From Candidatus Deferrimicrobiaceae bacterium (GTDB lineage Bacteria > Desulfobacterota > Deferrimicrobia > Deferrimicrobiales > Deferrimicrobiaceae), in assembly GCA_963792415.1 (NCBI GenBank), contig CAWBVY010000006.1:416001-480000 (forward strand): a DNA stretch of 64,000 nucleotides. The letters run 5' to 3'. How positions within the stretch are numbered: the stretch's first letter is position 1; every line of letters starts with the position of its first letter. The position numbers and the translations under genes are program-made. Below are positions 41,660 to 50,755 of the stretch, piece after piece. A model generated the notes under the pieces. That model saw only the letters and a list, made by a program, of their open reading frames with translations, was not told where the DNA came from and searched no databases.

Positions 41660-43099
41660 CTAAATCTGCACCCCGAGCACGCCTCCGGGGCCCCGCCGCT
41701 TCGAATCGTACATGAGGCGGTCGGCGATGTTCAGGATCTCTCCCCGCCCGGGTGCGTCGTGGGCGCAGGAGGCGTACCCGACGCTCGCGGTGAAGGAGAT
41801 GACGATCTCACCCCCGATGTCCAGCCGGACGCTCGAGATCCCCTCGGCGATACGCTCCGCGATCACCGCCGCGGAGGAAAGGTCGGTCTCCGGCAGGATC
41901 ACCGCGAACTCGTCCCCCCCGTACCTCGCCGCGATGTCCGTCTTCCGCAGGTGGGCCCCCAACGCGCCCGCCACCAGCGCGAGCACCCGGTCCCCGGTCG
42001 TGTGGCCGTATCGGTCGTTGATCTCCTTGAAGCGGTCCAGGTCCAGCATGATGACCGCCATCGGCCGGACGTACCGGTTCGCCCGCTCCAGTTCGATGGC
42101 GAGCTTCTCGTGGAACGACCCGTGGTTGTAAAGCAGGGTCAGGGAGTCCTTCTCGGCCAGCGATTTGACCAATCCGAACATCCCGGCGTTCTCGATGGCG
42201 ATGGCGAGGTAGGACGCGAGCACCCGCATCGTCGGAAGCAGTTCCGGTTCGAACGCGCTCGGCTCGGGGTGATTGAGCATCAGTACCCCGATGTTCTTCC
42301 CCTTCGACACGAGGGGCACGCACATGAACGAGCGGACGTCCGTGCGACGCCCCCCGTAGTGCAGAAAGTCCGGGGAGGATCTGACGTCGGGGATCCAGGC
42401 GGGCTCCCCGGTGACGAACACTTTCCCCGCGACCCCTTCCCCCGGGGCGAGGGTGAACTCCGGGACCGTCCCTACGTCTCCCAGCGAGACGGATTTCGCA
42501 ACAAGCCGCTTCGTCTCCCAGGAGTACAGCATGATGCAGAAGTCGGTCAGGCCCAACTTCGCCATCACCCGTTCCGGAATGATCCGGTACAGTTCCTCGG
42601 GGTCCAGGGTCCCGGCGATGACGGCGGAGACCTCCGCCATCGTCCGGAGGTACTGGACGTTCGACTCGAGGTTTGTCCGCGTCTTCTCGAGGTCGCGCCG
42701 GAGGCGTTCGACCTGTGCGAGGCGCTTCTCGCGATCCCGGACCTCCTCGCGAAGCGTGGCGACCGACCGCTCCTGCCGGGCGAAGATCGCTTCCGCCAAC
42801 GGGGCCAGGGGACCTTTCACCGGCGGCAAGGGGCCGTCGCCGCCCTCCGTCACCGCGATCCGGAGCCGTTGGACATGCCGGAATACGGTCCGTTCGAGAA
42901 GGACGGAACTGGCCACGGCCAGGACGAATTCGCCGGCGGCGGCCCCCGCCAGGAAAACGCCGGGAGCCGTGGAGAAGCCCCCGAGGAAAAGGGACGCGAC
43001 GACCGTCAAGGCAAGAAGGCCGCACCATGCGAGCGCGAATCCCACTCGCCACCCGGAACGATCCGCCTCCCCCCCGCCTCTGTCGTTTCCCATCCGCAT
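41660..43099 (-). CDS. Membrane-anchored GAF-GGDEF diguanylate cyclase
   Basis: Two TM helices, coiled coil, GAF (SFMCVPL..IAIENA), DSLT.LYN, DLDRFKEIND.YGH..GD, RKTD I-site, GGDEF. Confidence 0.93.
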   Translation of the reverse strand: MRMGNDRGGGEADRSGWRVGFALAWCGLLALTVVASLFLGGFSTAPGVFLAGAAAGEFVLAVASSVLLERTVFRHVQRLRIAVTEGGDGPLPPVKGPLAPLAEAIFARQERSVATLREEVRDREKRLAQVERLRRDLEKTRTNLESNVQYLRTMAEVSAVIAGTLDPEELYRIIPERVMAKLGLTDFCIMLYSWETKRLVAKSVSLGDVGTVPEFTLAPGEGVAGKVFVTGEPAWIPDVRSSPDFLHYGGRRTDVRSFMCVPLVSKGKNIGVLMLNHPEPSAFEPELLPTMRVLASYLAIAIENAGMFGLVKSLAEKDSLTLLYNHGSFHEKLAIELERANRYVRPMAVIMLDLDRFKEINDRYGHTTGDRVLALVAGALGAHLRKTDIAARYGGDEFAVILPETDLSSAAVIAERIAEGISSVRLDIGGEIVISFTASVGYASCAHDAPGRGEILNIADRLMYDSKRRGPGGVLGVQI

Positions 43100-43185
43100 G
43101 AGGCGAAATTACCACGAATCCCCCTTACCGGAAACGGAGGAAATCGGTGAGAATATCGGAATCCTTCAAGGGCCCGAGGGGAATC

Positions 43186-43446
43186 ATGAAGGGAGAGACG
43201 AAGGCCGGGGCATCCGGAGTCGACGCTTCATGGAGAGGAGTGGAGCGTCGCAGGGCGACGTCCGATCCGGAGATTTCCGCCGAGTCGTTCCTGCCCGTTC
43301 CCGCCGACGGGAAGCACAGGGGGATCGAGTTCCCGGCCGTCTCGTCGACCGGATCGCAAAGACCTGCCTCGTTCACAAGGAGCCGTTCCGGTACCGGCGT
43401 AACGGCACCTGTCCACCCGTTCCTCAGAACACCATGCCGATCGTGA
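43186..43446 (+). CDS. Small hypothetical protein (86 aa)
   Basis: GAGGGG RBS before ATG 43186; fills the gap between the DGC and Omp85 genes; contains WRGVERRR. Confidence 0.35.
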   Translation: MKGETKAGASGVDASWRGVERRRATSDPEISAESFLPVPADGKHRGIEFPAVSSTGSQRPASFTRSRSGTGVTAPVHPFLRTPCRS

Positions 43447-46192
43447 AGCTCCACTCTCCGGCGGACTCCCCGGGGCGGGGATCCAGTTTCCACCCGTAAT
43501 CGACGCTGAGGGGTCCTACCGGGGTGATGTACCGGAGGCTGAGTCCGGCGGTCTCGCGCAGATCGAAGCCGTACGAGGATGGGTCCCTCAACCAGACGCT
43601 TCCGGCGTCCACGAAGGCCGCCGCCAGGAAACCGTACTGCAGGGGAACCCGCATCTCCGCGTTCAGGATCAACTGGAATTCCCCTCCGATGGGAGCACCG
43701 TCCTCCCCGATCGGGCCCAGCGTGTCCTGCTTGAATCCGCGGACCGTCGTCCGTCCGCCCGCGAAGAACCGCTTCTGGATCGGGACCTCGGAACTCATCC
43801 CGTACGGAAGGACGACACCCGCGCGCGCCGAGAGGGCGAGAGAGTTCCGTCGGACGACGGGGAGATAGAAACTGGTCTGCCCCGTCAGCGACCAGTAGTC
43901 CACCTGCGAACCGAGCAACTCGCTTGCCAGTTCCCCCACCCCGGAAGCGTACATGCCTCTCTTCGGGTTGAACGGATCGTCACGGAAGTCCAGGACCACG
44001 AGCCCCCGCACGTTTGCGATGTTCGCCCTCCCCTGGTCCTCCGGCGAGATGACCGCGCCTGGCTCGACATCGAACGTTTCATTGACCGAGAACTCGTACT
44101 GAAACGAGACCGTGGACCGTTCCAGGATCTTCTGGTCGATCCCGGCGATGAGGGCCGTCTTCCTGAGCGTGAAGCTTGGATTTTCCTTGTACAGGTGGGA
44201 GGCGATCAACACTCCCTCCCACTTCCACCGGTTTCCCAGGATGTACGGCTCGCGCATCTCGAGCTGGTAATTCTCCTGTTTCTGGCCGACCAGGACGAAC
44301 CCCGAGAGGCTCCGGCCGAGGCCGTCGAGGCTCCTGTCCTTTGCGTAGACCGACCCCCGAACCCCGGTATCGGTGGCGTACCCGCCCCCGAACTCCAGAT
44401 CCAGGAACATCGTCTCCTCGACTTCCACGACGAGGTCCAGCACCCCTTCGGCAGGCCGCTTGATGCGCTGGAGCCGCACGCTCTTGTACAACCCCGTCCT
44501 GTACACGGACTGCTGAAACTTGAGGAGAGCCTCTTCATCGGCGTAGCGACCGGAGGGGATCGGGTTCTCCCGCAGCACCGCCATGGGATCGGTCAGGAGG
44601 TTCCCCTCTACGATGACGGACCCGAGCCGGTACCTCGTTCCCTCGACGAATGTGAACCTCGCGACGACGGTGTCCTTTCCTTCGTCGAAGTCGAGCGTGC
44701 CCTCGACCGTCGCATCCAGGAACCCCGAATTCCTGTATTTCGCCGCGATCGCCTCCTGGTCGAGCTCCAACCCGATGTAGTCGACGAACCTCCCTTCCTT
44801 GTTCCGCATCAACGCAAGGAATTCCGACCGCAGGAAGTGGTCGTTCCCGAGAAACAGGATCTCCCGGAGGCGATACCTCGTCCCCTCCTCGATCCGGACG
44901 ACCTTTGTGATGCCTCCGATGGCGTCCCAATCGTCGTCCACGCCGGCGATCTTCATCCGGACGTACCCCTCCTTCTGGTAGTAGCCGACGATGGCGTTCA
45001 GGTCCTGGCTCCATTCCTCCTCGCTGTACTTCCCGGACCCCGTGAGCCAGTGGAACGTCCCCCGTTCCCGGGTGCTCATTTGCCGCAGAAGCGTATCCGC
45101 GGGAACCCCGCGGTTCCCCTCGAACCGGATCCCCTTGATGAATCCGGCCTGCCCCTCCTCGACCTTCACGGTCAACGGCACCTTCCCGTCGGTCTCCTCC
45201 CCGACCGCCACGTCCGCCTTTGCCCGCAGGTACTTCTCCTGCCGGTAAAAGGACAGGATCCGCTCCCGCAGGTCGTAGATCAGGGCCCCCTCCGTGACCT
45301 CCTCGGCCCCGTAGAGGCCGGATACCTTCGCGAGTTTTTCCGGAGAGAACTCGCGGACCCCTTCCCAACGGACGTCGTATCTCCGCCCCTCCACCACCTC
45401 GGCGCGCGGGCAGAGACCGCTCCCGTCCCCGCAAAGGGGCACGGACCCCTCTACACGGACGGTCAGGAACCCCGATTTCTTGTACTCCAGCCGAAGGCGG
45501 GTGAGGCCCTCCTCCCAACGCTGAAAATCGAACGGTTGCCCGGCCTCCACACCGAGGACCCCGGCTAGCCGTTCCGCGGGAAAGAAGGACGCGCCGGGGA
45601 TGGCGAAGTTCTCAACCAGCCCGGGCTTCCCTTCCTCCACGGTGATCCGGACCTTCCCCGCTCCGTTCACGACACTGCACGAAACCTGGATCGTGCACGT
45701 ACCCGTCGTGAACCCTTTCCCTGCCAGAAAAGACCGGACCCCCGTCTCCGCCTCCGCCAGGTCCCTTTCCTCGAGCAGCCCGCCCCGCTTGATCCGGGAT
45801 GCCGAGATGATCTGGGCCGCGGTCAGCGCCTTCTGCCCCGACACCTCGATCTCGGCCACCAGCGGGGTCGGGCGCAGGAAGAACAGCAGGTTGACCTCTC
45901 CCCCGTCCTCCCGGACGTACGCCGTGACTTCGCGAAACACCGACCGGGTGTACAGGCGGCGGATGGATTCCCTGACCTTCTCCCCGGTGAGTCGATCCCC
46001 GGGCCGCAGGGTGACGAGGCTGTAACACTCCTCGTACGTAACCTGGTAGGGGGAGGGGACCTGGAAGGAGATGGACGCGATGACCGGTCCTGAGCCGGGG
46101 GGCGAACGGACCTCCTCTCCCTCCGAGAGGACGGGGAGGAACGCCAACCACCCCGCGAAGATCAGCGGGGCGAGCCGGCTATTCCTTGCCAT
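43424..46192 (-). CDS. Omp85 family outer-membrane protein (BamA/TamA-like, multiple POTRA domains)
   Basis: Signal peptide, POTRA repeats (IRFEGN, ILFLGN), FFAGG.TTVRGF, TPVGPL, terminal Phe. Confidence 0.9.
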   Translation of the reverse strand: MARNSRLAPLIFAGWLAFLPVLSEGEEVRSPPGSGPVIASISFQVPSPYQVTYEECYSLVTLRPGDRLTGEKVRESIRRLYTRSVFREVTAYVREDGGEVNLLFFLRPTPLVAEIEVSGQKALTAAQIISASRIKRGGLLEERDLAEAETGVRSFLAGKGFTTGTCTIQVSCSVVNGAGKVRITVEEGKPGLVENFAIPGASFFPAERLAGVLGVEAGQPFDFQRWEEGLTRLRLEYKKSGFLTVRVEGSVPLCGDGSGLCPRAEVVEGRRYDVRWEGVREFSPEKLAKVSGLYGAEEVTEGALIYDLRERILSFYRQEKYLRAKADVAVGEETDGKVPLTVKVEEGQAGFIKGIRFEGNRGVPADTLLRQMSTRERGTFHWLTGSGKYSEEEWSQDLNAIVGYYQKEGYVRMKIAGVDDDWDAIGGITKVVRIEEGTRYRLREILFLGNDHFLRSEFLALMRNKEGRFVDYIGLELDQEAIAAKYRNSGFLDATVEGTLDFDEGKDTVVARFTFVEGTRYRLGSVIVEGNLLTDPMAVLRENPIPSGRYADEEALLKFQQSVYRTGLYKSVRLQRIKRPAEGVLDLVVEVEETMFLDLEFGGGYATDTGVRGSVYAKDRSLDGLGRSLSGFVLVGQKQENYQLEMREPYILGNRWKWEGVLIASHLYKENPSFTLRKTALIAGIDQKILERSTVSFQYEFSVNETFDVEPGAVISPEDQGRANIANVRGLVVLDFRDDPFNPKRGMYASGVGELASELLGSQVDYWSLTGQTSFYLPVVRRNSLALSARAGVVLPYGMSSEVPIQKRFFAGGRTTVRGFKQDTLGPIGEDGAPIGGEFQLILNAEMRVPLQYGFLAAAFVDAGSVWLRDPSSYGFDLRETAGLSLRYITPVGPLSVDYGWKLDPRPGESAGEWSFTIGMVF

Positions 46193-49100
46193 CCAGCAGA
46201 TCCTTGAGCGATCGATACCGGTAGCGGACTTTCAGGTCGCCACCGATTTGCCCTTGATAATAGGCCGCGCTGCTTTCCCAGGTCCCTTGCAGGTACACGT
46301 CCTCCCAAAGCTTCAACTCCCCCGAAGCGGATGTGTAGGCGGAGGTTCCGACGCTTTGGGACGCGGAGATGGACACCCGGTCCCCGAACGACTTCCCCAC
46401 AACGAACCTCGGCTCCACGGACTGGGTGGTCTGGGAAAAGCCGGTCTCGATGGCGAACTTGTCCAGTCCCACCGTGCTGCGGATCTTCTCGTCCACACCC
46501 ACGGCGCTCCCGATGGCGATTGCCGACGATCCGCCCAACCCGGAAGACGGCCCGGTGCCCGTGCCGGAAGACGCGGTGCTCTTCGTCGTAACGCCGAACG
46601 CCAGGAGGCTCACGATGTCGGTCCGGCCCAACGGCGGGTCGGACGTGAAGTCCACCTCCGGCTTCTCCATGGTCCCGGTGACCAGGACGGCGATGTTGTA
46701 GCCCCCCTTCTTCGTCTCTCCCCGCGCGTCCAGGCGGGGGTTGATCCTCCGCGGGTCCTGGAAGTCCACGGTGGCCCGCTTCAATTCGTACCGGCTTCCG
46801 TATAACTCGACGTACCCTTCGTAGACATCGAAGGTCCCGAGGACGATCACCTTGCGGGTGTCCCCCCCGACCTTGAACTCCCCGCCGGCCTTGATGTCCG
46901 CCAGGTTGTTCTTGATCCGGATCGTTCGATCCGCGACGACGTTGATGTCCAGTCGGACGCGGAATTCGGATTTCTCCCTCCGCGCCACGACGTCCGAGAG
47001 TTTCCGGCTGAAGTCGACGAGCGCTTTTTCGGGGTACATGACCCGGGTGTAGCGCGCGGACTGCACCTCGACATCCCCCGTCACCAGGAGGTCTTCCACG
47101 GGTCCGATCAACTCCACGTGCCCCTGGACGACGGGACGAAAATCCTCCGGGTAAGGATATCGCATATCCAGGAAGTCGACCGAGAAGTAAAGGCGCTGCC
47201 CCGCGTCCATCTGGAGCGGGACCTCTCCCCATCCGTCGATGTAGCCGCCCCCGCTCTTCGCCTCGAAATGTTCGAAAACGATCTTTTCGTGGGTGATGAC
47301 CGCGTCCGCCCGCATCCCCTCGAAGAGCTGGTTGTATCCGAGGAACGACAGGGTGCCTCCTTCCAGATGGCCGGTCCCCACGAGCGAGGGGGCTTCCAGA
47401 CTCCCGGTGACCCGGGCTTCAAGGGTCACCGTACCGTCGAGGCGGTCGAACACGGAGGGAACGGCAAGCCGGACCGCCGACGCCGGCAGCTTCCCGTCCA
47501 CGCGGACATCCAGGTCTCCCCCCCAGGAGACCCTCCCGGAGATCCGGAGGGGATTTCCCGCGGCGAGGATCGTCCCGCCGGTCCACCGGACCCCCTTCGG
47601 ATCCATCCGGGCGGAAAGGTCCTTCCCCGAGAGATCGAACCCTCCTTCCCGATAGTTGAGCGATTCGACGAGAACGGTCCCCGAGGTCTTCTCCACCGCG
47701 CGGAGGGCTCCCTCGATCTGCGCGCGCCCCCGCAGAGAGAAGCTACGGCTCCCGTTTTTCGCCGTCCCGTCTCCGGGGTCACCAAGGCGGAACGGCCCCT
47801 CGAGGCGGAAGCCGAACGGCTCCCGCAGGGAGATCGACCATGCGAGCCGGGAGTCGGGGACGCGTGTCAGGAGTTCTCCCTCGAAAATATCCCCGCGTTT
47901 CGTTCCTGAGGCACGGAACTCCCCGAAGCGCACATCGCCGAAGGAAAGATTCGTCGCCCACACCGAGCCGTGCAGCGCGGGGAAAACCTCCGGGGAAAGA
48001 GGGCCGTCTCCCACGATGTCCGCGAGACGGATCACTCCACCGGCCTCGGCGCTCCACGCGCCGCCGGAAGAGACCCCGGGACGCCCCCCGGCGACGAGGA
48101 GAAGCGAGGTGGGAACCTCAGAGGCAATCAACGCCACCTTCGTCGGCCACCCTTCGGAGCGGCTCACCTCTCCGTCGATTCGCACCGGGGGCGACGCGGC
48201 GCGGACGGTGAACGTCCCGTCGGCCGCTCCGAGGCGACCTTCCACGCGCAGATCCGAGAGCCGCGCCGCACCCACCGAGAGCTCCTCCGTCCCGGCTGTG
48301 AACCGCGGCACTTCCCACCCCATCGGACCGTGGCGGGCCGCAAACGCGGCGTCGACACTCCCTTTCACTCCCCCGGGGTTGTCACGGTGGAGCAAGGAGA
48401 ACGCCTGGGCGATCTCGATCCCCTCCACTTTTCCCTCGATCCCGGTCCCGTTTCCGCCGTCGCCGCTCCCCGCGACATGGAACGTGCCGTCGCCGAATTT
48501 CCCCTCCGCGCGGACCGCCCAGCGGTCCGAGGATCGCGGGTTCCCGAACTCCCCCTCCGCCCGCAAGGCCCGCAGCGGGACCCCCCGGACGTCGACGCGC
48601 GCGGCATCGAACCGTCCCGTCGCCTCGATTTTTCCCGCGGCGACGCGGATCTTTCCGTCCACTTCCGCTTTTCCCTCGATGCCGGCGAGATAGCGGGTCG
48701 CCCCGCCGGCGTCGGCTCCCAGAGACGCCGCGACCGCGGAAACCCAACGGATGGACTCGGACAAATCGATCTCCCGAACCGCGGCCGTCCATTCCGAAGC
48801 GGTCCGCGAAGGATCGAAGGGAGAGGTCCACGTCCCATCGACCATGGCCTTGAAGCGTTGCGCGGGGACGCTGGCCGATACATGGAGGGCCTCGGACGGC
48901 ACGCCGTCGATCTTCAGCACCAACGGAAGGGGGGGGAGCGCTCGAATCGCGAGCGCAGTCACGGAAAGGGAAGCTTTCCCGCGCAGGCGGGACCAGGGGC
49001 CCGAGATTTCCCACTCCCCTGCGACTTTTTCCCAAGCGAGTTGTTCGCCGACGCCGAAGTCGGCAGCCTTCCCGCCGGGGAGGGAAAGAGAACCGCGCAG

Positions 49101-50480
49101 ACGGAGCGTCTCCCCGGCGATCGACCCCTCTCCGTCCCCGCGCGATTCCGCTTTCCCCGCCAGCAGCCGGAACGAATCGACCACCACTTCCCGCCCGTGG
49201 GAAATGGACCCGCCCGCCTCCAGCGACATCGGGAACCGCAGCGCGGGACCGCTCCCCCCCGGCGAGGAAATCCGTTCGATGCCTCCGGGAAGCGCAAGCG
49301 ACACGGATACCTCGAGGCGATCCACCGTTCCCGCGAGCCGGACGGAAGCGTCCCCGGTCCCGGCAAGCGAGACCGGAGCGCCGAGGGCCTTCCAGGGGAC
49401 CGCGGCAAGGGAAACCCGCCGAAGGGACGCCTTCCCCTCCATATGCCCGGACTCGGTGTGAAACAGCCCGTCGGCCTCCAGCGCCCCCCCCCACAGTTTC
49501 GCGCGCGCCCGGGGGAGTCGAAGGACATGGCCGCGGAGGGAGAGCTGCACCTCCCCTTCCGCCCCGGCGGTGCCGGGAAACCCCGCGTTACGGAAGACGA
49601 GACGGGCCGTCCCTTCCGGATCGCTCCACGGGCCGTCGAAGGTGGCGGAGAACTCCATCTTCCCTTGCCGTACGACGGGCCGCACGTACGAAACTCCCGG
49701 AGCGCCGGCCGCGATCCAGCCAGCGATATCGAGTTCCCCCGATGCCTTCGCGGACACGATCCGCTTCCGCGTGTCGAGCGACCCGGAAAGTCGTACCGCC
49801 ATGGAGTCCCGTGCCGCCCTGAACTTCCGGACGCGCAGAACCCCCTCCTTGTAGAAAAGGTCCGCCTCGACCGACGGAAACGGCCAGACACCGCCCGCGT
49901 CCCCCGGCAGCGCCACGTCGCCCTCCGACCGATCGAGGGACGCGGTGACATGCGTCCCTCGAAAACGTCCTTCGCGAACCCGGATTTCCCGCACGACGGC
50001 CTGGAACCGGCGAAGCGGGGCCGGAAGGGTAAGGAGGATCGAGCCGTCCAGGAGAAGAATCTCGGGAAGGGAGGAGGACGTCCCTTCCCTCTGCGTCGAC
50101 GTCCACCGATCGTAGAGCGCACGATTTTGTTCGCCCGCTTCCAGGCGGAAATCCCGGACCCGGATCCTGGACACGGGAAGGTCCCCGGCGAAAAAACGGG
50201 TCGGGGAAAGGGAGACGTCGACCGAACGGGCGCTCCCGAGGGGGAGATCCGCGACCGCGTCGCGTACCACCACATTGTCGATGGAGACGTGAAGATGCAG
50301 CAGGTGGAGTTTCAACCCGTCGTATCGGACCGCAAGGCCTTCGCGGGCGGCCGCGTCGACCAACGATTCCCCTGCCCGGCGAACCCTCTCCGGGATCTCG
50401 AGCGACAAGCGCCACCCGGCGACCGAAAAGAGGAGGAGAAGCAGGCCACCCCCGAGCCAACGCACCCATCGCTTTGACAT
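46179..50480 (-). CDS. tamB: Translocation/assembly module TamB (DUF490) protein
   Basis: N-terminal anchor, long Gly-rich beta-taco repeats, C-terminal TSDPPL..DIVSLLAFG; overlaps the Omp85 gene. Confidence 0.85.
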   Translation of the reverse strand: MSKRWVRWLGGGLLLLLFSVAGWRLSLEIPERVRRAGESLVDAAAREGLAVRYDGLKLHLLHLHVSIDNVVVRDAVADLPLGSARSVDVSLSPTRFFAGDLPVSRIRVRDFRLEAGEQNRALYDRWTSTQREGTSSSLPEILLLDGSILLTLPAPLRRFQAVVREIRVREGRFRGTHVTASLDRSEGDVALPGDAGGVWPFPSVEADLFYKEGVLRVRKFRAARDSMAVRLSGSLDTRKRIVSAKASGELDIAGWIAAGAPGVSYVRPVVRQGKMEFSATFDGPWSDPEGTARLVFRNAGFPGTAGAEGEVQLSLRGHVLRLPRARAKLWGGALEADGLFHTESGHMEGKASLRRVSLAAVPWKALGAPVSLAGTGDASVRLAGTVDRLEVSVSLALPGGIERISSPGGSGPALRFPMSLEAGGSISHGREVVVDSFRLLAGKAESRGDGEGSIAGETLRLRGSLSLPGGKAADFGVGEQLAWEKVAGEWEISGPWSRLRGKASLSVTALAIRALPPLPLVLKIDGVPSEALHVSASVPAQRFKAMVDGTWTSPFDPSRTASEWTAAVREIDLSESIRWVSAVAASLGADAGGATRYLAGIEGKAEVDGKIRVAAGKIEATGRFDAARVDVRGVPLRALRAEGEFGNPRSSDRWAVRAEGKFGDGTFHVAGSGDGGNGTGIEGKVEGIEIAQAFSLLHRDNPGGVKGSVDAAFAARHGPMGWEVPRFTAGTEELSVGAARLSDLRVEGRLGAADGTFTVRAASPPVRIDGEVSRSEGWPTKVALIASEVPTSLLLVAGGRPGVSSGGAWSAEAGGVIRLADIVGDGPLSPEVFPALHGSVWATNLSFGDVRFGEFRASGTKRGDIFEGELLTRVPDSRLAWSISLREPFGFRLEGPFRLGDPGDGTAKNGSRSFSLRGRAQIEGALRAVEKTSGTVLVESLNYREGGFDLSGKDLSARMDPKGVRWTGGTILAAGNPLRISGRVSWGGDLDVRVDGKLPASAVRLAVPSVFDRLDGTVTLEARVTGSLEAPSLVGTGHLEGGTLSFLGYNQLFEGMRADAVITHEKIVFEHFEAKSGGGYIDGWGEVPLQMDAGQRLYFSVDFLDMRYPYPEDFRPVVQGHVELIGPVEDLLVTGDVEVQSARYTRVMYPEKALVDFSRKLSDVVARREKSEFRVRLDINVVADRTIRIKNNLADIKAGGEFKVGGDTRKVIVLGTFDVYEGYVELYGSRYELKRATVDFQDPRRINPRLDARGETKKGGYNIAVLVTGTMEKPEVDFTSDPPLGRTDIVSLLAFGVTTKSTASSGTGTGPSSGLGGSSAIAIGSAVGVDEKIRSTVGLDKFAIETGFSQTTQSVEPRFVVGKSFGDRVSISASQSVGTSAYTSASGELKLWEDVYLQGTWESSAAYYQGQIGGDLKVRYRYRSLKDLLDGKE

Positions 50481-50560
50481 CCATTGATTATAGAGGAAAC
50501 GCCGGGGAGCATAAAGCGAACGGCCTCATTGTCGGGAACGAAACGTCGGTGTTGTCGGGA

Positions 50561-50625
50561 GGCTGCCCTTCTTCGCTAAAGCTTCGAAGGGCTGCCCTCC
50601 GTAGCCCCGAAGGGGCGAAGGAGGG
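50561..50625. repeat. Tandem hairpin (REP-like) element abutting the tRNA-Gly 3' end
   Basis: GCCCTTCTTCGCTAAAGCTTCGAAGGGC followed by GCCCTCCGTAGCCCCGAAGGGGCGAAGGAGGG. Confidence 0.65.
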
Positions 50626-50700
50626 TGGAGCGGGCGACCGGATTCGAACCGGCGACGTCAAGCTTGGGAAGCTTGCATTCTACCCCTGAATTACGCCCGC
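50626..50700 (-). tRNA. tRNA-Gly(CCC)
   Basis: GCGGGCG acceptor stem, CAAGC-TTCCCAA-GCTTG anticodon arm, GTTCGAATC, encoded CCA. Confidence 0.96.
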
Positions 50701-50755
50701 ACGACTGATATTCCTACCACAAGCGCGTGTCGGTTTGCAACCGGCCTGCAACCGT

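Noticed and set aside
43100-43420. Possible c-di-GMP riboswitch upstream of the diguanylate cyclase, and minus-strand ORF 43125-43493
   Set aside because: I could not see a GEMM-type GGCAAA/GNRA-receptor pattern; the minus ORF overlaps the Omp85 end and has no motif support.
39170-50625. Whole segment between the two convergent tRNAs as one genomic island
   Set aside because: No integrase or shared att pair; tamB, the Omp85 gene and the DGC have host-like GC and codon style. Only about 39.2-40.9 kb looks foreign.
50701-50745. Sigma70 promoter for tRNA-Gly (TTGCAA ... TAGGAA)
   Set aside because: The -10 match and spacing are too weak to call without TSS data.
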